Source of the DNA: Oikopleura dioica | Lineage: Eukaryota > Animalia > Chordata | Direction of reading: 5' to 3' | NCBI GenBank assembly: GCA_907165135.1 | Contig: OU015570.1 | Location: forward strand, 1,881,929 to 1,945,928 | Length of the DNA stretch: 64,000 nucleotides | Translations under genes and position numbers: made by a program | The notes under the pieces: model-generated | Databases searched by the model: none | Told to the model about the DNA's origin: nothing | What the model saw: only the letters and a program-made list of their open reading frames with translations | Shown here: positions 26,425 to 37,100 of the stretch, one piece after another | How the letters are laid out: each line of letters begins with the position of its first letter | How positions within the stretch are numbered: position 1 is the stretch's first letter

Positions 26425-26778
26425 CTAGGCTTTGATCGTCTTGGTGGAAACGGTGATTGAAGTTGTTGATGTGGTCGAAGTTGTAGAAGTTGTGGTCGAT
26501 GTTGTGGAAGTTGTAGGTGGAGTTGTCGGTGTTGGTGATGATGTGGTCGGAGTTGGAGTTGCAGTAGTTGGTGTGGCAGGTCGTGGAGTGTGTTTTTTTG
26601 ATGAGGTCGTCGAAGTTGCAGGAGTCGTCGTTGTTGGAGATGTAGAAGTCGTTGTTGAAGTAGGTGTGGTCGTCGTTGATGTTGTAGAAAGTGTTGATGA
26701 AGTTTTGGATGTTGTTGTGGTGAGTGGGTGTTGTGAAGAGTGAGTAGTGGTTGTTGCTGGAGAAATGAAAGGCTCTTT
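26425..26778 (-). other. ATG-less Thr/Ser/Pro-rich (mucin-like) open frame in the E2 5' leader
   Basis: 117 codons open in the frame reading TTTSKTSSTLSTTSTTTTPTSTTTSTSPTTTTPAT...; third-position variation suggests a coding origin; in-frame TAA upstream. Confidence 0.55.
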
Positions 26779-27431
26779 TTATATAAAAAAGTATTCGGCG
26801 TAGTTCGAAAGTTTCTTCTGACACCAGTGAAAGGTTTCAACTGGGCCGCAAAAAGGACTCGACAATTATTGGGGTCACTGAGGACCAAGTATATTGGGAA
26901 AAGTGAATGTCGAAAAAATGGCTGTACAGAAGGTTATAAAGGGTTGAGATTCTAGGTGGCTTGGCGATAGAGAGAGAGAAAATGGTGGCACCAAGGTGGT
27001 GCAGAAGGCGTAAAAGTGTGATGGATGGGACTGCCAATCTGGCAAGCGAGGTGGAACTGGTCAGAGTGGTCGCCGCGTAAGGTGTGCAGTGGGGCGCGGG
27101 CCGTAACTGTCACTAGAATTGTGACAAACGAGGAAATCGGCCTAGTTGGCACCACTTCACAATTAAAAACGATTTAACTGTCACTTTCTTTTCTACTCAC
27201 AATGAATATCTACAACTTCCAAATTTTAAAATGAGAATCAAAATGAGCACTTGCAACTTCAGCTTTGTAACTAAGTTTATCAATTATTATCTTAACAATA
27301 TCCTTTCTAGCTAAAATGAAACTTAATAAGTTCATAAATTAAGATGAATAGAAAACCAGTAAATTTTAACAATTCGAATCTAACTATAAAAACTTTTATC
27401 ACCATCCTTTTCTTGAATAGGAGGGTGGAGA

Positions 27432-27733
27432 TAGAGGCCTCCGATTCATGGTTATGACAGTAGGCCGATAATCCTAGCAACTACCGTACCCGTATCTTAG
27501 TGACACTACTGTACTACCACTATATAAAGCTGTGCACTCCCACTCTAAGGCTCAGTCGAGTTCCCGGAGCAAACTCACTCACTTACACAAATACACTACA
27601 TTGACGTTACCCACTTTTACATGGAATAAATATATGATACCAACACCAATTGAAGAGTCTATAGTCCATTCTTGCAACCCCGAAGACACAACAAGATATA
27701 CACAGAACAACCTTTATCTTTCTGCGGCGCCTA
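27432..27733 (+). repeat. E1 3' LTR
   Basis: Matches the reassembled 5' LTR; contains a TATAAA and an AATAAA motif. Confidence 0.92.
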
Positions 27734-28249
27734 CTTTCAACCCTAACCCTAGACTAGACCCCGGCATCTTAGGACCTCAGGTAAGGGACACTTAGATTTG
27801 ACAATTTCTGTTAAAAAATGGGGCAGTGAGACAATAAACCATATGATATGGTCCATATCTAGGGGGTGCACAGTGGGAAAATCGATTTTTATATCATCTT
27901 CTTAAAGGGATGAATGATACATCGATGGAAAGCCTAAGATCCACTGATCATTTTAACATGTGACTTGGGGTCATCAAAGGTCACCTGAGGTCACCTGAGG
28001 TCAAAATGCGATTTTTCTTAAAACCGATTTATATTAGGGATTTTATGCATAAAATTGATCGCTGATCATCACTGATCATTTTTATCATCATAAAAACCTC
28101 ATCCGGATCCATTCTCATCCATCAGAGGGAAAAAATGAAAAATTGAAAATCGTTGATTTCACTGTCAAAACTCTTTTACAACTATTTCTACTCAATAGAA
28201 ACATGTTGTTAATTATCAAGATATTTGTCGACGTCTTATAAAACCATAA

Positions 28250-28860
28250 TAAAGAAAAAAACAGGGATAATTTAAATTTAATATCAATGGGTGTGGGTGG
28301 GGTTGGGGACGTAACTGAGATTGATCAACTAATAGTTCCAGGCCTCTGTCAAGCCCCTTAAAATTAAAAATCAAGGAACGGGGCTGAGACGGCCCGAAGG
28401 GCCGTCAAGCCCCTTAAAATTAAAAATCATCACTTCCAAGTCATGGAAGTGTTTTTGACTGTTGAATAGAGTTGAATTGAACGAAAACATATATTTTCTT
28501 TAAAAATAGACCCATTATACCAAAATTATAGCTAGAATGGGTCTCGGACCCATTTTACGCATATTATACGAAGAATGGGTCCTGGACCCATTTTAGGCAT
28601 ATTATAGAATAATGGGTCTCAGACACATTCTAATTACAAACTTCCGCATATTGTTAATGTGGCCACATAAAAATAAGATTCCAGGGAAACCCCCCCCAAA
28701 CCTCCCCTAGAATGCTGTAGAATCACGGGAAGCCCCGTTCCGTGATTTTTAAATTTAAGGGGCTTGACAAAGGCTTGAAAGTCTGAGTTGATCAATCTCA
28801 GTTTCGTCCCCAACCCCGCCGACCTCCATCCGATGTTAAATTTATATTCTTCACGTTTTT
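28250..28860. repeat. Two convergent HP56-family copies (28250-28430 +, 28730-28860 -) with a short repeat-rich spacer
   Basis: Both carry ctgagattgatcaact...gtcaagccccttaaaattaaaaatc. Confidence 0.6.
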
Positions 28861-30048
28861 AGTTTAGTAATGGTTTTTATTTATTATTTTTGTCAATTTT
28901 ATCTCTCAATTAATGATTTTCTTTCGGCCTGTCTAAGGCTTTTTCTTAAGTCAAGACCCTTCAAAAAAAGTTTTTAGTAATTTTAAGACTTTAAAATTAC
29001 TTTTAGATAGATTTTTATAGAAAATGAAAATTTTCGAATTTTCGAGGGTGGAATATCCTGAGGTACTTCCAAAATCTAGAAGAGAAGTATTTCTTCGAAA
29101 AAGATTTTTCTAATTTCTTTTTCCGAGTAAAAAAAGTCTTTTCTAGACTTTTGAGCACTCTCAGGATGAGGTCTTCCAGCAGGTCCTCCGCTGCGGAGCT
29201 ATTACATAACAAATTGACTCAGTCAGTCAGCTCTGAGAATAATGGTACATTGGTTTTTTTTCCGATTTTGTGGAGCCCGATTTTGTGATCATTGTTTCTT
29301 CAGAGAAACAATTCTTATGAAGTACCGAAAAGGTAATAAATTTCATCTTTGATTGCTTTTTTATCTTATAAAATGATGATATGCGGATAAAAAAATTGAA
29401 TTTTACAAAACTGTCCGCTTATTCAGACTCCGGAAATTTGAAAACCAACTGTGAATCGTTGTCAAGAATTTGCGCACTTTTAGAAGTCAAAATTCTTCTA
29501 GATGATTTTCATTTGTTCTAGAATTTGATGCTTAATTAAACAGGTCTTTCAGAACAATTTCTTAGCTTTATTTGAGAGAAATTATATGGAGTATAAATAA
29601 TTTGTTTATACATATCTGGAGTTCTCTGGAGAAATTGATAAGAGAATGTTATATCAGGTATATCAAGTATTTGTCCCAGACAATTTTGAGTAATAACCAT
29701 GTTTCCCTCCAACCATCATATACCGGTCAGATCTGGCAAATTATGCGGTTAGGATGACGTGGCCTACGATTTAACCCTTTGGGCGCACGTGGAGTTTTTA
29801 AAAGCCACAAGATCGTTTGAAAGACCTAATTTTTCAAACTCCTTCACCAATTCCAAAAATTTTTATATTTCTAGAAAGCTCGATCGATTATCATTCTAAT
29901 GATGTAATTTGATGTCGAAAAGAAAAAGATTTTGCAAGGTAAAAAATCAATTTTTGTAATCCCGTTTGTGTAAATTTTCAAATTTCAAGAGATAACGCGT
30001 TGGCTCTGTTTTCTTATGTGTTCATTCATTTTTCTAATAATAAATGTA

Positions 30049-30209
30049 CAGTGGTGTGAGGAGTTTCCGCACCCCTAAAGAGCGGGTAAAAGGTGCGGAA
30101 ACGCAGCACTCATTTTTGCTACTTCTAGAAGAAATTAGTAGAAAAAGTGCGGGCTAAGGGTGCGGCAACGCAGCACTCACAAAGGGTGCGGAAACTCCTC
30201 ACACCACTG
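30049..30209. mobile_element. Tc1/mariner-type MITE, 161 bp
   Basis: TA TSD; TIR cagtggtgtgaggagtttccgcaccc. Confidence 0.9.
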
Positions 30210-30454
30210 TACAGCTTGAGAAAGAGTTAGAACTTGAGTAATATTTTTTAAATGGAAAATAAGGATCTTTTTAAAAGGAGGCACGAATCGACAAAAATTA
30301 TGGACAATCACGGCAGTAAACAGAAGCAGTATTCGGATTTCTGTCTAAATGACAAACTGGTTCTTTACATTTGACACATTCAAGTTTTGTGCGTTTTCCG
30401 CCTCAATCTATGAGCGGGCATAAATAGCATTTACGTCGCGCGCCAACAACGCGG

Positions 30455-30539
30455 ACAACATTTTCGATGTTTTGAAGGGTTAGCGGACATTATAAAGTTT
30501 ATAATGTCCGCTAACCCTTCAAAACATCGAAAATGTTGT
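30455..30539. repeat. Perfect 42-bp-arm palindrome with 1-nt spacer, next to ttataatgtcc repeats
   Basis: acaacattttcgatgttttgaagggttagcggacattataaa-g-exact reverse complement. Confidence 0.9.
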
Positions 30540-30699
30540 TTATAATATAAACCAACGGACATTATAAACAAAATTGGAAATGTTTAATGTCCGTTCCAAA
30601 TTTCAGAAATAAAAAGATGTTTATAAAGTCTGTTTTGTTAATAATGTCCTTTTGTTTATAATGTCCATTTGTTTATAGTGTCCATTTGTTTATAATGTC

Positions 30700-31372
30700 C
30701 GCTAACGCACAAGAGTGCAACTTCGCTGTGGCAAAGCCTCTTCCTTGTTGAAGAACCTCACTAACGCCAGAAGGAAGATAACAAGCCATCATTTTGTGGC
30801 TCTTCATTTGAAGTATAGCAGAGAAGGGTAAGATGGTTAATATAGAAGAGGTTTACCTGTTCTTTGACATAAGTGAACTTAAAAATATGAGTTGTCTGGG
30901 TGTTCGAGCTGACTGATAGGAAACTAGCGTCAGGTGAAAAGTTGGGAGTTCAGGGATGAAATTGTTGCACAGTGGGCGCCACCACGTTGGAATTCGACAA
31001 GTCTTTTGCCTTCTGGGATTGAGAAAACTCGGATTACAGCTCCTTTTTTTCGGATGCAGTGGCGACTTTTTTACCCGATTCGACTAAGCTAGAAACGAGA
31101 AGCGAAATGCGATCAACGATCGACGATCAAACACCAACAATTATATCGTCAAGAAATACAAAATTATCGGTCCTTCGACAAGGTTTTTTACCTTCGGTAA
31201 AAGTTTCATAAGTGTACGTGTTTCTCACAGGACATAAGTTGGATAACTTACTGCGTTTACTGTATTCGCGAGCTGGATACAAGTGAGCGACGAAGTTTGT
31301 ATAAAAAGAGCAAGTTTTATTGTTGAGTCTCTGAGCGTAGAATAGTAGAGTATATGTAGGGTCCATACACAA
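30700..31372 (-). pseudogene. Degenerate coding-like fragment, unidentified
   Basis: 81-codon ORF plus a downstream frame with two stops ending at a GTAAAC donor-like site. No motif recognised. Confidence 0.25.
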
Positions 31373-32616
31373 AAATTCTAATTTTTTTGTTTTAAAAGCA
31401 AATCCTTTGAAAGTTTTAGGGGTTATTTATATACCTTTGTAGATTTATAAAAACAAAATATAATTGAAAATTCAAAAAAGGGTTGATGAGATAATCGTAT
31501 AAATAGGCTGAAAAACACTGTTGTACTAAAATTTCAAAAAATAAAACTACATGAGAAGATTTATCGATGGCGATTTTTAATTTAATCTTCAATAAAAAAG
31601 TTTTAAAAGCGTCTACAATAGGTTCCGGCATGGATCAGAGTCAGATTTTTTTATAAGCCCATTTCATTTTTATCGAATTCTTTAGATCAAAAAACATATT
31701 TTATATCATTACAGTGAAGCTTGAAACCCAACAAGAAAAAATTAACAGGCAATTTTGAGGATTTTTGAGACTTATTTTGGGTTATCATTGTTTTTATTAA
31801 GAAAAATTTTACTGTAGTCAAATTTTTTGATCGCTTGATTATTAAACCTAAAGAATAGACTCTGAGCTTCATTTATAGGGGTCATTGACTGAATTTCATC
31901 AGTATTTTCTTGGAAAATTTCCAGTTCAAAGTTCAAGAAACAAAGAAAAATCACCTTTCAATAAGTTTCACTTAAGAATTAAATACAGTGTAATGGTTTT
32001 GCAACCTATGCAAATGAGTGAACACAAGAGAAATATACAGACAACTGAGCAAAGTTGGCTGTGTATAAAAAGAGTAAGGTTTTTGAGCTTTTTATTTGAT
32101 CTATTCTCTGAGCGAGCAAAAGTGAGAATGAATGTGAGAGAGATGGTGAGCGGTTTTTATAGTTTTTCAAATTTTCGGGTTCCCAGTAGATTAATCGGCT
32201 GTTATTCGATCGTATCGTTTTCATCGGATTAATTGAACATGAACGTAATAATTCGTCACCAACGGATTTTGTCACTTGGAAAAGGAATAATTCCATTTTA
32301 GCGGATTAATCGGATTTCGAGCATCAGGACGTGAGAATAATTTGAAGAGCGGCGTTTTAAAACGGATTATTTGGTTTTTCAGGAAGGGCGCGCGTTTTAG
32401 AGTCGATTATTTCGCCAGCGCTAGTGCGCCATCATTTTCACTTACGCGCCGTGCTCGCGTGGCAAGCTATGCTTTGCCCCGCGGCGTGATCGTAATTAGA
32501 GCTATTCTGTAAAACCACTACATATTCTTCCCTCTTCTTTTTGAGCGGAGCGTTCTGGTAAAGTTTGAAGAAGGAGCGGTTTTGAGCAAGTAGGTTCTTT
32601 GAAGATTTGAGCATCT

Positions 32617-33408
32617 TCAAAGAAGATTTCCATGAAAGAAGGAGTCAAATGCGTCAGAAGTTGCTGGGTCCATATCATCATTAAGAGTAGCTTGACGAAG
32701 GACATCCTGCATACTGATTGTTTGTTGAGCTTCAATTTGAAAGTCATTGTTGTTGTTCTGAGCAAGCGACACATTGACAAGATCGTATTCACGAGCGGGG
32801 GAATTCCAACGTATGTCCAAATTTCCTTGCCCTGAATTGTTGAGCGGAGCTTCAGGGGGTTGGTAGACTACCAGGGCAGTCTCTTGAGCTACAAAGCAAT
32901 CTTTAAAGAAAGCAAAATGGACATTGGAGAGGAGTTCAACTTCTTTCAGATCGGAGAAGTTAAGCGTGTCCCAGGCGATTATTCTGTACATGAAATGTTT
33001 GACAAAAGATTCGCGAACTTTGTCAGCTAGCTGAAGTTCTCCTTCTCGTGAGGTCTCGAAGTTGAGAAGGATTTTCATCGTGAACGCAGTTTTCTTTGTC
33101 CATAAAATTATATCATTTGGACGAGGTTCTCTTTCGTAAGAGATCCAGACATTGGTGAGCTTTTCGAGGTCAATTTGAGCAGCAAATTTGTTGTAGAACT
33201 CGTAACCTTCGCGAGCAGATTCCTCGACGATTCTTATGAGCTGGATTGTCTTTTCGCAGAATAGATATCGAGTGTCAATTTCGAGCGGGAACATTTGAGG
33301 TATGACGTATCTCAGGAAATTGGTTTTCAGATCACCTGTTGGTTTGAAGTAATGACAGATTTCGTTATATTTTGAATACTTCCGGTTTTCTACTTGTCTC
33401 TGAGCCAT
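32617..33408 (-). CDS. E3 ORF3, 263-aa orphan protein in the env position
   Basis: Intact ATG-started sense ORF. No signal peptide, furin site or TM helix seen; acidic/Asn-rich tail. Confidence 0.75.
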   Translation of the reverse strand: MAQRQVENRKYSKYNEICHYFKPTGDLKTNFLRYVIPQMFPLEIDTRYLFCEKTIQLIRIVEESAREGYEFYNKFAAQIDLEKLTNVWISYEREPRPNDIILWTKKTAFTMKILLNFETSREGELQLADKVRESFVKHFMYRIIAWDTLNFSDLKEVELLSNVHFAFFKDCFVAQETALVVYQPPEAPLNNSGQGNLDIRWNSPAREYDLVNVSLAQNNNNDFQIEAQQTISMQDVLRQATLNDDMDPATSDAFDSFFHGNLL

Positions 33409-33768
33409 TTTCGATCTCTTATGAGTGGCGTTTTTCTCGGAAGCGGAGGCGAAAGAGCATTTTTTCGATCAACGAATCAGGAACTTGAGCGCTTTTACGT
33501 AAGATTCAAGAGTCGGAAGGCTTGCATACTCTTCCCTCTTCTTTTTGAGCTATTGAATCTTCTGAGCGATTAGTGTCTGAGCGAATTGTTTGAGCAAACA
33601 ATTCCTAGAGCGAGCAAATTTGAGCTGAATCGTCTCTTTGAGCAACTTGATCTTGATCGTTTGAGCAGATGAATCCATGAGCGAGCAGAATCATCTTTGA
33701 GAAACTTGATCTAAATCGTCTGAGGAGATGAGTCCATGAGCGAGCAGAATCATCCTTGAGCAACTTGA

Positions 33769-34044
33769 TTATGAATTATCTGAATGTGACAAAGCAACTG
33801 CACGCATTGCTTCGCATCTTTGGAGGAGTGGACCAAGGTTCAGAAAAGCGGTGTCCATCGTGTGCGCAATTGATAAACACATTAGCTGGGTTATGAAAAC
33901 ACAAGTCCAAAGAGGCCTGTATGAAACTTCTGCACAGCAAATGAGCGGAACTGGATTCCCTTTGATCGAGCGAGCGGGGATGACTTCGAGCTTTGAAGTG
34001 AGCCGATCCAGTGTGCATAAACATTGCCGAAGTTTATGATCCAT
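33769..34044 (-). CDS. Possible small Cys-rich E3 accessory ORF, 91 aa
   Basis: ATG-started sense ORF just downstream of pol. Short, so it could be chance. Confidence 0.3.
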   Translation of the reverse strand: MDHKLRQCLCTLDRLTSKLEVIPARSIKGNPVPLICCAEVSYRPLWTCVFITQLMCLSIAHTMDTAFLNLGPLLQRCEAMRAVALSHSDNS

Positions 34045-34157
34045 TGTTTGAGCTTCAGGTACCTTTGAGCACAGGACTTTTGATTACAGATTTTGAGCGA
34101 ACTTCGTAAACAAGTTTGAACGTGAGCAGGAACAGGAGCATAAATTTAATGGTTTGA

Positions 34158-37100
34158 TCAATTTCGTCGTGAGCGAAGGCGATGTTTCCATTTAGGAGCT
34201 TGAACTTGAAGTCCATCATCTCTATCAACAGGCTCATGTTGATCTTTATGAGGGCTTCTGATACTTTCATCTTCTTTCGTATCATTATGAGCAGGAACTT
34301 GAGCAAGATCTTTATCGAGCTGATCTTCTTCCGCTTTTTGATCAGTCTTTTCTTTGACGACAAACTTTGTTTGATTTTCAGCCGTTTTGAGTAGGAGCGG
34401 TCGGATCAGGCTGATGTGTCGTCGATACTCTTTCTTCGTAAGCGGGCACTTGACAATGTAACTATCCTTGGAGATCCTTTTGTGAATTCGATAAGGACCT
34501 GACCAGTGAATCCCAAGTTTTCCAGAGAACAGATCCGGTTTCCAGCAGAGAACAGAGGAGCCGATCTCGAGCATAGGGCAGTTATTCTTGTCTCTTTTAA
34601 GAAGCTTCTGGTATTGTTGAACTTGGAAATTGAGCAGAGCAGGATGAAGCGTCTTCATGTATTGATTGATGCTTTTGATGAACGATTCCGAGGTGTCGGC
34701 GGCAGTTTCTTTGAGCGAGAACGGAACATGAAATTGTCGTCCAAATACACATTGGTTGCTTGAAAGTCCATCTAGGCTTCCTTTTGGCAGGTTATTGATG
34801 AAGTATTGAGCGAGCGGCCAAAATTCAGACCATGAGCAATTTGTAGCGAGCTGAGCTTTGAGCTTTTGATGGAGTTCACGGTGGATTCTTTCGCATTTTC
34901 CATTTGATCTTGAGTAGTAAGCAGTTGTTGTGATGTGTCGAATTTCGAACCGATTAAGGATCGATCTTGTCTTTGGTCCGAATTCTCTGCCATTATCAGA
35001 GATGCAATATTGAGAAACTCCATGGCGAAGAATGATTCGTAGAAGAGCTCTGGCGACCAGGTTGTCGGATTTGTTTGAGAGGCGCTCACCGTCCAAATAT
35101 CCGGTGAGACTGTCGACACATGTGAGCAAGTATCGTTTACCTTGAGCATCCGGTCGTCCATAGTCTACGAGATCAATGAAGACTTTTTCGAAAGGTAGTT
35201 TAGCAAATTGTCGGTCTTTGATGAGCGATGGTCGAAGACTCTTGAGCGGTTTGAGTCGGATACAAGTTTCACATGAACTTGTTATTGAGCGAACTTTTTG
35301 TTGAACATCACTGATGAAGAACTTTTTGAGCATTTGCAAGAGCTGTTGGCTTCCAGAATGAGCTGTGATCGTATGCAAATATTGGATAAATTCATCAGCG
35401 AGGGAACTTGGCAGAACGAGCCGATCATTTGAGTAGAGCACATCGTCTTTGAGCTTGAATTGTTTCGAAGACTTGTTGATTTCGAACTTGACAATGAGAT
35501 TTTTCGTCTTTGAGCAGGATCGTTGAGCAAGAGCCATTTCTTTTGAAGTGAACGAACGATTTTCAAAAGAAAATAGTACATCATCTTGAGCGAGAGAGTG
35601 GACTGCAAATATCGTCTCAGCGACATCAAAGAAATCTTTTGCTTCATCCTCCAAGTCGGAGCTTTTTGATCTTGGAAGGCGTGAGAAGTAGTCAGCTGAA
35701 GCCATTTCCGGACTAGTTCCACTTTTATGAATGATGTTGAAGTTGAACCCGAGGAGATAATTGTAAACATTGCACAATTTTATGTCGAGCTTTGACTGTC
35801 GAGCTTCTCGGAACAAGTAGAGCAGTGATTTATGATCGACGTACGCATCGAATTCGGTGTTGAGCAAATAATATTCGAAGAACTGAATACCCCAACAGAG
35901 CGCAAATAACTCTTTGATACGCATCGGCCGTTTCAGATCGGGCCCTTGAAGTTGTTTACTGAAGTACCCAAGTGCAGCGAGCGAGCCATTTTGAATTTGA
36001 TAAAGGGTTCCACCGACCGCGAATCCTGAGGAATCTGTCACAAGGACGAGCTTTGATCCAAGTTTGAAGTGAGCTAGGGTCGGTTCCTTCAGAAGTTTGT
36101 GTTTGATCGTTTCGAATGCCTTTTGATGCGTCTCAGTCCATTGGTAATCTACCTTAGCGGACGTGAGTCTGTAGAGCGGAGCAAGGATCTCACTTCCTTT
36201 TTCAATATACTTTATATTGAAGTTGATCATTCCAAGGTATCTCTTGAGTTCGACTTTTGTCTCAGGTGGATTCATCTTCTCGATCGCTTCGATATGTTTC
36301 TTGAGTGGCTTAATTCCAGAGGCAGTCACACGATGTCCAAGAAAGTCGATCTCATTACTTGCGAGCTGGCATTTTTTCGCACTAAGTATGAGCCCATAAT
36401 CCAAGCACGTTTTGAAGACGAACTCGAGCGACTTGAGATGTTCTTCCCAGCTGGAGTCAATGATGACGAGATCATCAATGTAGAGCGTGATTGATGGGTG
36501 GTTCATAAGCGTCATCATGATGCGACTAAATGCAGCAGGTGCATTGCAAGAGCCATAGAGCATCCTGTTTGCTTGGAAGTGTTCGTTGTTGTATGAGAAG
36601 GCCATTTTGTGAGCATCACTTTCATTGATCAGGACTTGCCAATAGCCTCGGAGAAAGTCAACTGAGCTGATGAAACATTCTTTGCCCTCACTTAGGCGTT
36701 TGCCGATCCTTGTGAAGACTGTTTGCATGTGCGGAAGTGGGAAGCGATCTTTGATGAGAAGTGAATTGATTTCTCGAGCGTCGAGACTGATTCGAATTGT
36801 TTGATCAGGTTTTCGAAGGATGATCAAAGGAATGTTGTGAGCGGATTGGGTTTTCTGAATGACTTTGAGCTGTTTCCATTTCGTCATCGCTTCATCAACT
36901 TGATCTTGAGAGTGAATTGGTATTGGTCTTGGAGGCTGGTGAGAAGTTTTGGATTCATCGTAGAGCGGAAGAGTGTAACGAAATCCAAACAGTCGTCTGT
37001 TGGAGTGACCTGCTAGTCTCTAACACAATCTCATTCGTTTTCAATTCTAGTTTATTGCAGAGTATCAAGTAGATTATATATCATGCACACAGCGCCCCCA

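Larger units (their letters stand above)
17067..27159 (-). mobile_element. E2: env-bearing Ty3/gypsy (Tor-like) retroelement nested in E1
   Basis: TG...CA LTRs 17067-17400 and 26828-27159, differing only in a GA microsatellite length as far as seen; TSD CAAT; PBS TGGTGTCAGAAG (tRNA-Leu type); PPT aggagggg; order gag-pol-env. Confidence 0.97.
6364..27733 (+). mobile_element. E1: non-autonomous LTR retroelement (302-bp LTRs, TA...TA termini), host of two nested elements
   Basis: LTRs 6364-6597+12612-12679 and 27432-27733, about one mismatch seen; TSD CTTT (6360-6363, 27734-27737); PBS TGGTGACT at 12682; PPT ggagggtggaga before 27432; gag-like region but no RT/RNaseH/IN motifs found. Confidence 0.9.

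Noticed and set aside
26378-26888. The three listed ORFs over the E2 leader (His/Asn-rich, Gln/Leu-rich, Val-rich)
   Set aside because: Shadow frames of the Thr-rich frame, which is not listed because it lacks a start codon.
31416-31954. Short AT-rich ORFs flanking the E3 insertion, continuing at 54200-54480
   Set aside because: Multiple stops and no motif; cannot be supported as a gene.
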